From assembly GCF_022045235.1 (NCBI RefSeq), contig NW_027266286.1, positions 1,255,856 to 1,319,855 of the forward strand: 64,000 nt of DNA, in the 5' to 3' direction. Numbering within the stretch: the stretch's first letter is position 1; the number at the start of each line of letters is the position of its first letter. The notes beneath the pieces are model-generated. The model saw only the letters and a program-made list of their open reading frames with translations, was not told the origin of the DNA and made no database searches. Positions 38,111 through 49,284 of this stretch are shown piece by piece. The translations under genes and the position numbers were made by a program. This stretch comes from Haliotis cracherodii (taxonomy: Eukaryota).

Positions 38111-39095
38111 CTCTCAGGGCAGACGCTCTACCACTAGACCATGGAGGCGGTCTCCGAGTGGATGCTCTACCATTAGAACATGGAGGCGGTCTCCAGGCGG
38201 ACGCTCTATCACTAGACTATGGAGGCGGTCTCCAAGTGGTCGCTCTACCACTAGACTATGGAGGCGGTCTCCGGGCGGACGCTCTATCTCTAGACCATGG
38301 AGGTGGTCTCTGAATGGACGCTCTCCCACTTGACCATAGTGGCAGTCTCCGAGCAGACGCTCTACCACTAGACCATAGAGGCCGTCTCCGAGCAGACGTT
38401 CTACCACTAGACCATGGAGGCGGTCTCTGAATGGACGCTCTACCACTAGACCATGGAGGCGGTCTCCGAGCGAACTCTCTACAACTACAACATGGAGGCG
38501 GTGTCTGAATGGACGCTCTACCACTAGACCATGGAGGCGGTCTCCGAGCGAACGCTCTACAACTACAACATGAAGGCGGTGTCTGAATGGATGCTCTACC
38601 ACTAGAACAGGAAGGCGGTCTCCGAGTGGATGCTCTTCCACTAGACCATGGAGGCGGTCTCTGAGCGGACGCTCTACCACTAGACCATACAGGCGGTCTC
38701 CGAGTGGACGCCCTACCACTAGACCATGGAGGCGGCCTCTTAGCCGACGCTCTACCACTAGACGATGGAGGCGGGCTCAGAGCGGACGCTCTACCACTAG
38801 ACCTTAGAGGCGGTCTCCAAGTGGATGTTCTACCACTAGACCATGGAGGCGGTCTCGGAGCGGACGCTCTACCACTAGAAGATGGAGGCGGTCTCCGAGC
38901 AGACGCTCTACCACTAGACGATGGAGGCGGTCTCCGAGCAGACGCTCTACCACTAGACGATGGAGGCGGTCTCCGAGCAGACGCTCTACCACTAGACGAT
39001 GGAGGCGGTCTCCGAGCAGACGCTCTACCACTAGACGATGGAGGCGGTCTCCGAGCAGACGCTCTACCACTAGACCACGGAGGCGGTAACCAACA
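38110..39095. repeat. 39-bp minisatellite, about 25 units (gacgctctaccactagaccatggaggcggtctccgagcg), derived from the tRNA-like D-arm/acceptor segment of the adjacent family E element.
   Basis: The unit contains TCTACCACTAGACCATGGAGG, the reverse complement of the tRNA motif CCTCCATGGTCTAGTGGTAGA. ORF-track ORFs at 38114-39193 come from this repeat. Confidence 0.8.
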
Positions 39096-39306
39096 ACATC
39101 GGTACATGGTATAATATGTACCATCAATCTTAGGACAGCTTTATTTTGAACAGCACTGTAGCTCACCTTAGCATATATATATTCTACAGCCAAACTGTTC
39201 AGATATTTGTCAATTTCAATAGTCTGATATTAGATATTGAAACTTACCTTTATGGATAAATTTGTTCATTAGAAATAAATCAAAGATTCAAGAGAATGCT
39301 TCTTAC

Positions 39307-39420
39307 CTTGATTTTGACCTTATGTGAAGGACACTGTATTGAACGAATGTCAAAGGGCATCTCCACAGCAACCTGCAGAGTAGTGTCCCCTGATTCCACC
39401 TTGTGAGTGTCCAAGTCAGT
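39307..39420 (-). CDS. PARP4: PARP4-like exon 16 (TDLDTHKVESGDTTLQVAVEMPFDIRSIQCPSHKVKIK).
   Basis: Acceptor atggttacag|ACT, donor AAG|gtaaga. Human has SFSLTMSIEMPYVIEFIFSDTHELKQK. Confidence 0.75.
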
Positions 39421-39713
39421 CTGTAACCATTAGCAACAGCTGCCAGATGCTCAACATAACCATACAACACATTGAGCAAACAGATAGTATTTTAACAATA
39501 CTTAAAAGTGAGCGAGTGAGTGAGTTAATATTTAACATCAAACAATACTTAAAAGAAACAATAATCCACATTATAAAAACCAATCAGTATTACATAATCA
39601 AAAACATTATGAGAAAGAACAAATAAAAAGAAAATTCCCTATTTCCACTATAAATGGGAATTATTTCACAAGCACATAATTTCACTGTCAGAATTTTTCA
39701 GATCCATAGATAC

Positions 39714-39878
39714 CTGAGTGATTTCATCAGCAGCAGAGTCTTGTTTCCATGGCGCCACGCTGCCTGGCAACCGGAAGCTGATAAGTTCTGCTTCAACCTG
39801 TAGCTCAGCTACGTAAGTAATCTTGATGAGTACATGTGCACTAGGAGGAAGGTTGCCCACACTCACTGTGAACACATC
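39714..39878 (-). CDS. PARP4: PARP4-like exon 15, VIT domain part 2 (DVFTVSVGNLPPSAHVLIKITYVAELQVEAELISFRLPGSVAPWKQDSAADEITQ).
   Basis: Acceptor catatttcag|GAT, donor CAG|gtatct. Human has DVFTVSVGNLPPKAKVLIKITYITEL...ATVAPWQQDKAL. Confidence 0.9.
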
Positions 39879-39959
39879 CTGAAATATGAAACATACTTCT
39901 AGAAACTGCTTTCTTCTGACTTCAGTAATATCAATATGCTTAACAACCTTTCAAGAAGC

Positions 39960-40200
39960 CATACAATACAGAATCTCTTAATCCCTGTCAATCATTTAGG
40001 CCCATGACCTTCACTGATGACCTTCACCTCTAACTTACATCCCTGTCCATCAGATAAGCCCCATGACCTTCACTGATGACCTTCACCTCTAACTTATATC
40101 CCTGTCCATCAGATAGCCCATGACCTTCACTGATGACCTTCACCTCTAACTTACCGGCGTCTCCTCATCCCTGTCCATCAAATAGGCCCCATGACCTTCA
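39960..40200. repeat. 60-bp tandem repeat, about 4 units, overlapping the exon 14 donor region.
   Basis: Direct periodicity. Confidence 0.8.
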
Positions 40201-40379
40201 CTGACAGCCTTCTTGTACTCTTTGTGAGCCTGCTCCTTCTCTTTGACCTCGCCCACGATGTGCTTGTCATTGATGAAGGCTTCGAACCCACACACAGCCG
40301 CCATGTCGTCCAGGGGAAACACATACTTGGCCTCCACAGCAGTGTCGCTGTTGTTGAAATACTCTTGGAGCACTATCAC
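40155..40379 (-). CDS. PARP4: PARP4-like exon 14, VIT domain part 1 (VIVLQEYFNNSDTAVEAKYVFPLDDMAAVCGFEAFINDKHIVGEVKEKEQAHKEYKKAVSEGHGAYLMDRDEETP).
   Basis: Donor CCG|gtaagt. Very strong match to human VIVFQTYTNKSHVPIEAKYIFPLDDKAAVCGFEAFINGKHIVGEIKEKEEAQQEYLEAVTQGHGAYLM. The 5' boundary is ambiguous by 1 nt (ttttctgcag g GTG); see the finding at 40370-41025. Confidence 0.8.
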
Positions 40380-41018
40380 CTGCAGAAAAGTTCCACTACA
40401 CGTCAGTTGGAGTCACACAGTCCTTTATAAAGATCTTACAACACTCGGTAATAAGGAAAATTGGGCCTAAAAAGTATAGGTATACCATTTTTGGTTGTGC
40501 CTTGTTTTACAAGACAATTACACTCATTAATCTCCGCATATTAAAAGAATCCCACAGAAACAGGAATACAAACATCATTGTATTTCATTGTGTCCAGTGA
40601 TACTTATGTGGAAGATTGACAAGCAATGTTCCAGTTCCTCATCTCCAGTTGATTCACCTGAAGCAATATCATGTTGTCTTTGACTGAGCATTATAAGTAC
40701 CAGCATTTCTTCCTGAAACCCAAGCATGGGGGGTGTGCATCACAATAAAATATTGTAAACTACAATGTCCTTATAAAAGAAATTCATGCTGTATTCTGGA
40801 ATATCAAGCAAATGTCATCTTGCCAATGACACAAGTTCTACATTCATGCAGTGTTCAGACACATGGTGATTGATGTAGGTATTTACAGTATGGGATGGTA
40901 GTCGTCCTGTATTCGTGGGACTTATTAGACACATGGTGATTGATGTAGGTATTTACAGTATGGGATGGTAGTCTTCCTGTAGTCGTGGGACTTATTATAA
41001 ACAATCTGTGTACCCCAC

Positions 41019-41152
41019 CTGTGCAGCCAGATCCACCAGTTTGGCGCGGATGTGAACCCCTACCAGCTCCACGGCCATCTTGTTGCCCTCGGACACCAGA
41101 CCTGCCTCCACCTTCGACAGGGGGTCCTCCACACCCAGCACGTCAGACAAAT
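41019..41152 (-). CDS. PARP4: PARP4-like exon 13, linker before VIT (DLSDVLGVEDPLSKVEAGLVSEGNKMAVELVGVHIRAKLVDLAAQ).
   Basis: Acceptor ttcctgccacag|AT, phase continuous with exon 12 (G+AT=D). Donor CAG|gtgggg. Human has GLQDASGNLVPLEDVHIKGRIIDTVAQ. Confidence 0.7.
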
Positions 41153-41159
41153 CTGTGGC

Positions 41160-42425
41160 AGGAATAGGGAATATAGGGAACACGGTGAATATAGGGAACA
41201 CAGTGAATATAGGGAACATGGTGAATATAGGGAACACAGTGAATATAGGGAACACAGTGAATATAGGGAACACAGTGAATATAGGGAACATGGTGAATAT
41301 AGGGAACATGGTGAATATAGGGAACACAGTGAATATAGGGAACACAGTGAATATAGGGAACACAGTGAATATAGGGAACACGGTGAATATAGGGAACATG
41401 GTGAATATAGGGAACACAGTGAATATAGGGAACACAGTGAATATAGGGAACACAGTGAATATAGGGAACATGGTGAATATAGGGAACACAGTGAATATAG
41501 GGAACACGGTGAATATAGGGAACACAGTGAATATAGGGAACACGGTGAATATAGGGAACATGGTGAATATAGGGAACACAGTGAATATAGGGAACACAGT
41601 GAATATAGGGAACACGGTGAATATAGGGAACACGGTGAATATAGGGAACATGGTGAATATAGGGAACATGGTGAATATAGGGAACACGGTGAATATAGGG
41701 AACACAGTGAATATAGGGAACATGGTGAATATAGGGAACATGGTGAATATAGGGAACACAGTGAATATAGGGAACACACTTAATATAGGGAACACAGTGA
41801 ATATAGGGAACATGGTGAATATAGGGAACATGGTGAATATAGGGAACACAGTTAATATAGGGAACACAGTGAATATAGGTAACACAGTGAATATAGGGAA
41901 CACGGTGAATATAGGGAACACGGTGAATATAGGGAACACACAGTGAATATAGGGAACACAGTGAATATAGAGAACACGGTGAATATAGGGAACACAGTGA
42001 ATATAGGGAACACAGTGAATATAGGGAACACAGTGAATATAGGGAACACAGTGAATATAGGGAACACAGTTAATATAGGGAACACAGTGAATATAGGGAA
42101 AAAAGTGAATATAGGGAACACAGTGAATATAGGGAACATGGTGAATATAGGGAACACAGTTAATATAGGGAACACAGTGAATATAGGGAACACAGTGAAT
42201 ATAGGGAACACAGTGAATATAGGGAACACAGTGAATATAGGGAACATGGTGAATATAGGGAACATGGTGAATATAGGGAACACAGTGAATATAGGGAACA
42301 TGGTGAATATAGGGAACATGGTGAATATAGGGAACACAGTGAATATAGGGAACATGGTGAATATAGGGAACACACAGTGAATATAGGGAACACAGTGAAT
42401 ATAGGGAACACAGTGAATATAGAAC
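41160..42425. repeat. 21-bp minisatellite, about 60 units (gtgaatatagggaacacagtg), intronic between exons 12 and 13.
   Basis: Direct periodicity. Five large ORF-track ORFs (40995-42518 and others) are artefacts of it. Confidence 0.95.
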
Positions 42426-42479
42426 AATAAGAACTGATGAGATGAGGAGCATATTGATGGACAGCTGTAGAAACTGGTA

Positions 42480-42765
42480 GAGTGAGTGAGTGAGTGAGTG
42501 AGTTGGGTTTAATGCCACTTTAACAGATTTCCAGTTATATCACAGCGTGGGAGTATTGATGCAGGTCTGGGACGTTTACCACTTCGATGAAACCCATGAG
42601 CACAGATATGGTGTTGACAAACCTAGAAACATAATTGGGGCGAACCGGAATTTGAACCCACAATCAAAGGTTTCTGGCATGCCCAAGGGACGCAACTCTG
42701 CACAGCGAATTACGGTGCCTTCGACAACTGTGCCACCCGTGCCCCCTGCGACTGGTAGCGGCCCC
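42480..42765 (-). mobile_element. SINE family B copy, intronic, about 130 bp below PARP4-like exon 12.
   Basis: Sequence identity to the other family B copies. Confidence 0.75.
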
Positions 42766-42894
42766 ATGAGAACACAGATTGTACACAGTAACAACATACA
42801 GTTGTAGCCCTCCATACAATGACCAAAAGACAAAGGTATCTGAGTGGGTTCACAGGTGTTAGGGATAACTGAGACGAGGACCTGACATACATAC

Positions 42895-43051
42895 CCAAGT
42901 TGTCCTGTATCATGTCTGCCAGCATCGTCTGCTCCATGTCCTGCTGGCTGTCTGCCAGGCTCACGTCTCGAACCTGGTCCCCCTCCACGCTGAACTCCAC
43001 CAGGTATCTCAGACGCTGCTGGTTGACGCTGTACACAGCATACTCATCAGC
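42895..43051 (-). CDS. PARP4: PARP4-like exon 12, end of catalytic domain (ADEYAVYSVNQQRLRYLVEFSVEGDQVRDVSLADSQQDMEQTMLADMIQDNL).
   Basis: Acceptor tttactgccag|GCT, donor TTGG|gtatgt. Human has DDEFVVYKTNQVKMKYIIKFSMPGDQIKDFHPSDHTELEE. Confidence 0.85.
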
Positions 43052-43800
43052 CTGGCAGTAAAACAGTCAAACATCAGTCGACACGGTCAAACATCAGCCT
43101 GACACAGTCAAACATCAGTCAACACAGTCAAACATAGTCAAAAATCAGTTGACACAGCCAAACATACTCAAAAATCTGTTGACACTGTCAAACATCAGCC
43201 TGGTTCAGTCAAACATCAGCCTGGAAGTCAAACATAGTCAAACATCAGCCTGGAAGCCAGCCAGTCGACATTATCAAACATCAGTCTGTCTCAGTCAAAC
43301 ATCAGTCTGGCTCAGTCAAACATGGTCAAACATCAGCCTGGCTCAGTCAAACATAGTCAAACATCTGCAGGGCTAAGTCAAACATCAGCCTGGAAGTCAA
43401 ACGCAGTCAAACATCAGTCAACACAGTCAAACATCAGTCTAACTCAGTCAAATGCAGTTAAACATCAGTCTGGCTTAGTTAAACGCAGTCAAACATCAGT
43501 CTGGCTCAGTCAAACGCAGTCAAACATCAGTCTGACTCATTCAAACATCTACATGGCTCAGTTAAACATCAGCCTGGCTCAGTAAAATGCAGTCAAACAT
43601 CAATCTGGCTTAGTCAAACATAATCAAACATCTGCAAAGTTCAGTCAAACATCAGCCTGGAAGTCAAAAGCAGTCAAACGTCAGTCGACACAGTCAAACA
43701 TCAGCCTGGCTCATTCACACGTAGTCAAACATCATCCAGATACACTCATCAACAGTCAAACAGTCAAAGAGCAGCCTGACACACTCATCAACAGTCAAAC
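43040..43800. repeat. Degenerate about 21-bp repeat (tcaaacatcagcctggctcag), about 35 units.
   Basis: Direct periodicity. Confidence 0.8.
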
Positions 43801-43833
43801 AGCAGCCTGACACAAAGACTGTCAACTTCCTAC

Positions 43834-44017
43834 CCTAAACTCTGACGGAGTGTTCGGAGTGTCCTTGACACCATGGACACTGTCATACCCCTCAGGGGCA
43901 CACTTGATGGTCTTGTCATGGTGGTACAGCTCCTTACACCTGCCCAGAGCAACGTCAGCCACCAGCATCAGCCTCGTGCCCTTCGTCTTGCTCTCGCGGG
44001 AGTACTGGGCACTGGTA
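43834..44017 (-). CDS. PARP4: PARP4-like exon 11, PARP catalytic domain (TSAQYSRESKTKGTRLMLVADVALGRCKELYHHDKTIKCAPEGYDSVHGVKDTPNTPSEFR).
   Basis: Acceptor ctgttgttgcag|T, donor AGG|gtagga. Human has GTRLLLICDVALGKCMDLHEKDFSLTEAPPGYDSVHGV. Confidence 0.85.
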
Positions 44018-44039
44018 CTGCAACAACAGGGCCAGGTGA

Positions 44040-44585
44040 GCTAACTATATAACATCAACATTTCACCAGGTGAACTATTTAAATAACATCAACATTTCAC
44101 AAGGTGAACTAACTATATAACATCAACATTTCACCAGGTGAGCTAACTATATAACATTAATATTTCACTAAGTAACTGAAATAACATCATCTTGGACATT
44201 TTTCACCAGGTGAACTTACTATAAACATTATCTTGGGCACGTTTCACCAGGTGAGCTAACCATAAAAGGTTATCTTGGGCACATTCAACCAGGTGAGCTA
44301 GCCATAAAAGGTTATCTTGGTCACATTTCACCAGGTTAACTAACCATAAAAGGTAATCTTGGGCACGTTTCACCAGGTGAGCTAACCATAAAAGTAATCT
44401 TGGTCACATTCAACCAGGTGAGCTAACCAAAAAAGGTAATCTTAGACACATTCAACCAGGTGAGCTAACCATAAAAGGTTATCTTAGGCACATTCAACCA
44501 GGTGAGCTAACCATAAAAGGTTATCTTAGGCACATTCAACCAGGTGAGCTAACCATAAAAGGTAATCTTAGGCACACTTCAGGTG
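44040..44585. repeat. About 60-bp minisatellite, about 9 units (..caccaggtgagctaaccataaaaggttatcttgggcaca..).
   Basis: Direct periodicity. Confidence 0.85.
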
Positions 44586-44647
44586 ACCAAACTATATAAC
44601 ATTATGTTGGGCAACAGGGAATCAACAATGTTCTCTCCAGAGCCTAC

Positions 44648-44746
44648 CTTGCAGCGCTGGCAAAGTAGAGTCCGGCTCCCAGCATCCCGGCATCTGACCT
44701 CTGACCCCCATAGTGCTCCACTACCACCTTCGGCAACAACAAACCT
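44648..44746 (-). CDS. PARP4: PARP4-like exon 10, PARP catalytic domain (GLLLPKVVVEHYGGQRSDAGMLGAGLYFASAA).
   Basis: Acceptor gttttcag|A, donor AAG|gtaggc. Human has GLLLPKVVEDRGVQRTDVGNLGSGIYFSDS. Confidence 0.85.
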
Positions 44747-44854
44747 CTGAAAACAGGAACACACTGACAGTTGAACACCACAAACACAATAACACTCAAG
44801 ATAGTGGCAATAGTTATTTGAATAATTCCGTCATTTTACTTCAATAAAACCAAC

Positions 44855-44992
44855 CGTGATAATATTCCCACAAAGTTTTCTGGCTTGGATGCGTGGAACA
44901 GGAGCCGTTTTGGATCAATATCGTGGCGGAAGTTGGTTTCTTCGATGGGGCGTTGCACCTCATACACAGCCTTGACCTCCATCTTGACATCT
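44855..44992 (-). CDS. PARP4: PARP4-like exon 9, PARP catalytic domain (DVKMEVKAVYEVQRPIEETNFRHDIDPKRLLFHASKPENFVGILS).
   Basis: Acceptor ttgtcag|A, donor CG|gttggt (weak GT donor). Canonical PARP motif RLLxHGS..NxxGILSxGL. Confidence 0.75.
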
Positions 44993-45432
44993 CTGACAAA
45001 ACAAGGACATCATTCTCACAAGAACATCGAACTAAAATAACAATCAAATCCTGACAAATACATGCAACAGTTCCATCAACTTTTACTTAGCTCAGAACGA
45101 AACATGCATTTCATGCTAGTAATGAATATTTCCGTGTTTTCAAAGTAAGGTGTGACCCCTGGGAATTCTGGGCCAGATCTGTTCCAATGCCTTCCTACAA
45201 GAGCTGACTTATTAGAGCCGAGAAGTGGGTGGTTACAATGTCTGGCGTGGCTGATTACGTGGATTTCACAGGTAAACATTATGTGGTTTCATATTTGCAG
45301 GTTGTTTTTACTTTTCGAGGCCTGGAAATATTAGAACCAAAAACGTTAGCATAACCTAATGTCAATTGATACTGCATAACCTAATATCAATTGAATCTGT
45401 TAAAATACAAAAGTCATCTGTTATTTTTCACT

Positions 45433-45457
45433 GCTCTCTCTCTCTCTCTCTCTCTCG
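45433..45457. repeat. (CT)12 microsatellite.
   Basis: Direct. Confidence 0.9.
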
Positions 45458-45714
45458 GCAACTGGCGACTATGTTTCTCGTAAGAGTGACTATTCTTGTT
45501 CTTAGAGACGACCAATGATGTCAATCCTGGGCCCACTTGCACAAAGCGATCTTAGCGCTACAACTATTGTAAGCCTATGTTAAAGTATGGGAGTTACGAC
45601 CATCAGATTATTTACTGTGATTATTATTCCTGTGACCCTACCTATTTTTTCAAGCAGATTGCAGCACACTCACAGACCAGTGACTCAGCTGAAATAACAG
45701 CTTGTGATGCTTAC

Positions 45715-45875
45715 CCTTCCAAAGATGATTCAACAAGGTCCCGCACCAACTTGTGTTGAGGGTCATGTGACTTGAGGTGGTCGATGTTGCATCGCAGGGC
45801 TCGGTACTTGGCCTCAGCGCTGCTTCTAGTTGACCAGTTGGTGGCCTCACTCACGGAGATCATGTCACGGATCAA
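45715..45875 (-). CDS. PARP4: PARP4-like exon 8, start of PARP catalytic region (LIRDMISVSEATNWSTRSSAEAKYRALRCNIDHLKSHDPQHKLVRDLVESSLE).
   Basis: Acceptor gtttccag|TTG, donor AGG|gtaagc. AKYRALRC is identical to human PARP4; LIRDM also matches. Confidence 0.85.
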
Positions 45876-45899
45876 CTGGAAACATCAATGAATAATCAC

Positions 45900-46195
45900 C
45901 AATAGGGGGGGGAGTGAGTGAGTGAGTTAGGTTTAACAACGCTTTTAACATTGGTCCAGTTATATCACGGCGTGTCAGCTTAATGTGGGAGGAAAGCCAG
46001 AAGTGATGCAGGTCTCAGACGTTTACCACTTCGGTGAAACCCACGAGCAAGGTATGGTGATGACAAACCTAGAAACATAACCGGGGCGAACAGGAATTCG
46101 AACCCACAATGATAGGTTTCTGGCATGACCAAGAGACGCAACTCTGCACAGCGAATTGCGGCACCTGAGACGACTGGGCCACCCGTGCGCCCCTC
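45900..46195 (-). mobile_element. SINE family B copy, starting about 30 bp upstream of the PARP4-like exon 8 acceptor.
   Basis: Sequence identity to the other family B copies. Confidence 0.75.
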
Positions 46196-46639
46196 ACCAA
46201 TAGGAAAGTGTTTTTGTATGGGCTCAATGATCATTTATCTGCAAAATGACTAACATCTGTCCAACACAAATGTTTCTTCACAAATTATTAAGCAACAAAA
46301 TTGAGTTTAGTCTGTTGCCACATTATTTAACAGTAAATAAGTTCTCCACAAAATATACTACTCAAAAGAAGTAAAGAGCCAACCGATTCTCTCATATTAC
46401 GATAGTTAATCTTCCATTGCATCAGGGGGTCCTTAACTTCTTATGAGTAGTATACTTTATGTTCCTTCATATTTGTGAGGAATACATATCTGCATGATCC
46501 CACAAACAGCACATGGTTTGCCTGTAAAGTCATGTTCGCATAATGCATAGAGTGTGTTGCATGGCCGTCGCCATGGATACTATTGGAAGTGCAGACCTAT
46601 TTGCTAACTTTATCTGCCATGGTCGAAGGGTCAAACATA

Positions 46640-46930
46640 CTCCATATGTACTCCATACTCAATACTCCAGCTATATGACAGGCCTGTAAATAATCAGGTC
46701 TGGACCAGAAAAACCAGTGACTGATATTATGAGCAACAATCCAAGTTGTCGGATCATAATGACATGCAAGCAAACCAGTCAACCAGTTTTACACATTGAT
46801 GCATGTCATCCCATTGCATAGATCAATGCTCATGTCAGTCACCAGATTGTCTGTTTCAGATTTGATTACTTATTGATTGATGTCAAACAGCTGGAATATT
46901 GCTGAGTGTGGACATTAAATAACAAACAAA
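46640..46930. mobile_element. Inverted pair of two partial family C copies (46650-46800 in one orientation, 46790-46930 in the other), forming a potential long hairpin in the PARP4-like intron.
   Basis: The two halves match opposite-orientation segments of family C. Confidence 0.5.
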
Positions 46931-46984
46931 CCATGCAGCAATGTGCAACATGCACCAACTCACACACCAGGTACAGCGCGGTAG

Positions 46985-47100
46985 GATAGCCTAGTGGTTA
47001 AAGCGTTCTCTCATGACACTGACCCAGGTGAAGCCCATTTCTTGTGTCCCCTGCCGTGATATTGCTGAAATATTGCTAATAGAGGCGTAAAACCATACCA
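46985..47100 (+). mobile_element. SINE family A copy, 5' portion. Ends about 40 bp from the PARP4-like exon 7 donor.
   Basis: Sequence identity to the other family A copies. Confidence 0.7.
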
Positions 47101-47139
47101 GGTACCCCACACAGTCAGACTGAGAGTGAAGTTACCCAC

Positions 47140-47307
47140 CTGACACAGGTCGAGTTTGGTCGCCACCCACTGTTTGCTGACATCTTGTTCCGGGTGTCGG
47201 TGCGGCAGGGCTTCGTAGAAGTCGCTCTTCAGGGAGTGGAGCCGGTCAGTCTTGTTGGCCGTCAGACTCTCCTGGATCTGCATCAAGATGGCCTCCGCCT
47301 TCTCCAG
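47140..47307 (-). CDS. PARP4: PARP4-like exon 7, PARP regulatory domain (LEKAEAILMQIQESLTANKTDRLHSLKSDFYEALPHRHPEQDVSKQWVATKLDLCQ).
   Basis: Acceptor ccctgttgcag|CTG, donor CAG|gtgggt. Aligns with human AEGILLLVKAALKNGETAEQLQKMMTEFYRLIPHKGTMPKEVNLGLLAKKADLCQ. Confidence 0.8.
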
Positions 47308-48062
47308 CTGCAACAGGGACAACATGGCTGATTACTTCTCCCAGGACACAGCAGAAGGTAAGTAGGTCTCATCAGCACCCTATTGCTCCCCAACTTCTTT
47401 CAGTTTCCTTGGCACCTACCCCATATCTTTACCATGTCTTAGACACCCCACTTTTTTGGCCCTATTTCTTTGGCACCTCACCCCATTTCATTGGTACCCC
47501 ATTTCTTTGGACCCCTACCAGATTTCATTAGCACCATACTGTTTCTTTGGCAACCTGCTCTCATTGAAAGCATCCTGTTTCAATGTCTAATTTCATCCCA
47601 TCCTGCCCTCTATCTACCTGATCTGTTTGTTAATGCACCTTGAGCAAGAGAATTCCCGAAACAAATCTGAAATTCAAACCCACTATCAGTGGATCCATCA
47701 CAACGAAGGGAAGCAACTCTTCACCCAAAGTATTACTTGAACATGAAGCCTACAGGGGGATGTTTGTAGTAGCTAGATTCCCTTCAAGGTCAGAGGCGAT
47801 GTCACTATATCCATATTAATGTTTGGCAACAGAATTAATTCTTTTCTTCTAAAACCTACTGCACAACTGCACTGGATGGATTTTCTCCATGAAAACATGA
47901 AACAAAATATGCATTAAAATGTTTCTCCAGCGACTGGGTAAGTAACTAGAACTATTGTCCGAGCACTGGGTAATGTTGAACTCGTTGAAATCATTGTAAG
48001 CAAATAATAGAAGACATAAACAGATATGTCACTATGATAGAACTTCAAGTCTGGAGTCTTAC

Positions 48063-48200
48063 CTGGTCCATCTTCACTTTGTCTACTGGTGCTGTGATGA
48101 CCTCAGTTATCTCCCCTGCAACCTCACGCCACACATGTTCAACAAGGTCAGCCACATCAGGGTCAAGGTCATTACTTTCCGAAGGTAACTCTGCCAAAAT
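48063..48200 (-). CDS. PARP4: PARP4-like exon 6, PARP helical/regulatory domain (ILAELPSESNDLDPDVADLVEHVWREVAGEITEVITAPVDKVKMDQ).
   Basis: Acceptor ctgttccag|ATT, donor CAG|gtaaga. Aligns with human STLSQEVSDLVEMIWAEALGHLEHMLLKPVNRISLNDVSK. Confidence 0.75.
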
Positions 48201-48634
48201 CTGGAACAGTGTGATGAAAACAGACATTCACCTCAACCATCACAAAGAAACAAGTTGTATTTATACAAAATGCAGAATTCATCATGGCGCTCCCAACATG
48301 TTTGATGAGTCCTGATGAATACATTCGTAGACAAGACATGTACTACTCTGAGTGTTTAATGTCAAAATATATTCTCCTTTGCAGATGTTATTATTGTTAT
48401 TGTCAAAAAGATTCATTTTCGTTCAGTTTTGTATTACCGTATTCAACGTAATAAGTGCCCCCACTCCAATAAGCACCCAACTTTACCTGCTGATTACCAG
48501 TACTTCTTGGTTGGAGCGCCTTGGGCGCTTCTTATGTCGGTAATTAATGTCAAAATACATTTTACTTGTTAGTTTTCTTGTTGTTAATGTCAACATATAT
48601 TCCTCACTGTTTATGTTGGTGTGAGGTATTTCAC

Positions 48635-48799
48635 CTTTTGCAGTTTTGGAGAGCCAATATTCCTGGCGACTTTCCTCCCGGTAATGGCAGCCATCTTCTT
48701 GCTTGGCTGTGTCTGCTCCTTGTAGACATTACCAAATATGGCCAGAATTTCCTCCGATGTTTTGGCGTACCTACATTCTCTACAGCAGTTATACCCTTC
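48635..48799 (-). CDS. PARP4: PARP4-like exon 5 (EGYNCCRECRYAKTSEEILAIFGNVYKEQTQPSKKMAAITGRKVARNIGSPKLQK).
   Basis: Acceptor tgttttcag|GAA, donor AAG|gtgaaa. KTSEEILAIFGNVYKEQTQ resembles human KKTSEDASEYFENYIEELKKQ. Confidence 0.75.
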
Positions 48800-49135
48800 C
48801 TGAAAACAGACATAACACAATGACATGTCTGGAAATGTTCACAGCCCATAAAACATTCCCACTAGAAATGAAATGAATGAGGACATATTTAGAACCACAA
48901 AGTTAACACCACACACACACTCATAGCAAGATATGATAGTTACTCTAATGTCTCACAAGATCTTTTAATGGCCTATTCCAATCTATTTTTAACTACTACC
49001 TGTTAAGAGAGTGTCCTTTTGTGTAAAACCCCACATCTTCATACAGTAATGGATAACAAATGTCACTTTGGCACACGTTTTCTCCACATCAACTAGAAAC
49101 ACGACTTGACCCTCATGCATGTTACAAGTGGTCAC

Positions 49136-49273
49136 CTGTGCATCCTTGAGGCTGCCGTAGTGTGTGTACACCCTGAAGCAGGGGTCCTCCGCGTCCTTGT
49201 TCTGGTGCTGGGAGTCAGTCACGTGGATCTCCAGCACATAGAAAGTAGTCATCTCCATCTTCTTATCATAGCC
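49136..49273 (-). CDS. PARP4: PARP4-like exon 4 (GYDKKMEMTTFYVLEIHVTDSQHQNKDAEDPCFRVYTHYGSLKDAQ).
   Basis: Acceptor cttgttcag|GGC, donor CAG|gtgacc. Aligns with human VGMEGGQEAVVVELQCSRDSRDCPFLISSHFLLDDGMETRRQ. Confidence 0.75.
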
Positions 49274-49284
49274 CTGAACAAGAT

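Noticed and set aside
38114-39193. Four ORFs of 129-283 aa (RPPPWSSGRASA.. / LHGLVVERPLGDR.. repeats)
   Set aside because: Frame translations of the 39-bp tRNA-tail minisatellite. No splice signals or homology.
40995-42518. Five overlapping ORFs of 145-507 aa on both strands (repetitive NIGNTV / FPIFTVF / EYREHG peptides)
   Set aside because: All are translations of the 21-bp minisatellite (gtgaatatagggaacacagtg)n in every frame. Only the 40995-41152 end of the minus ORF is a real exon (exon 13).
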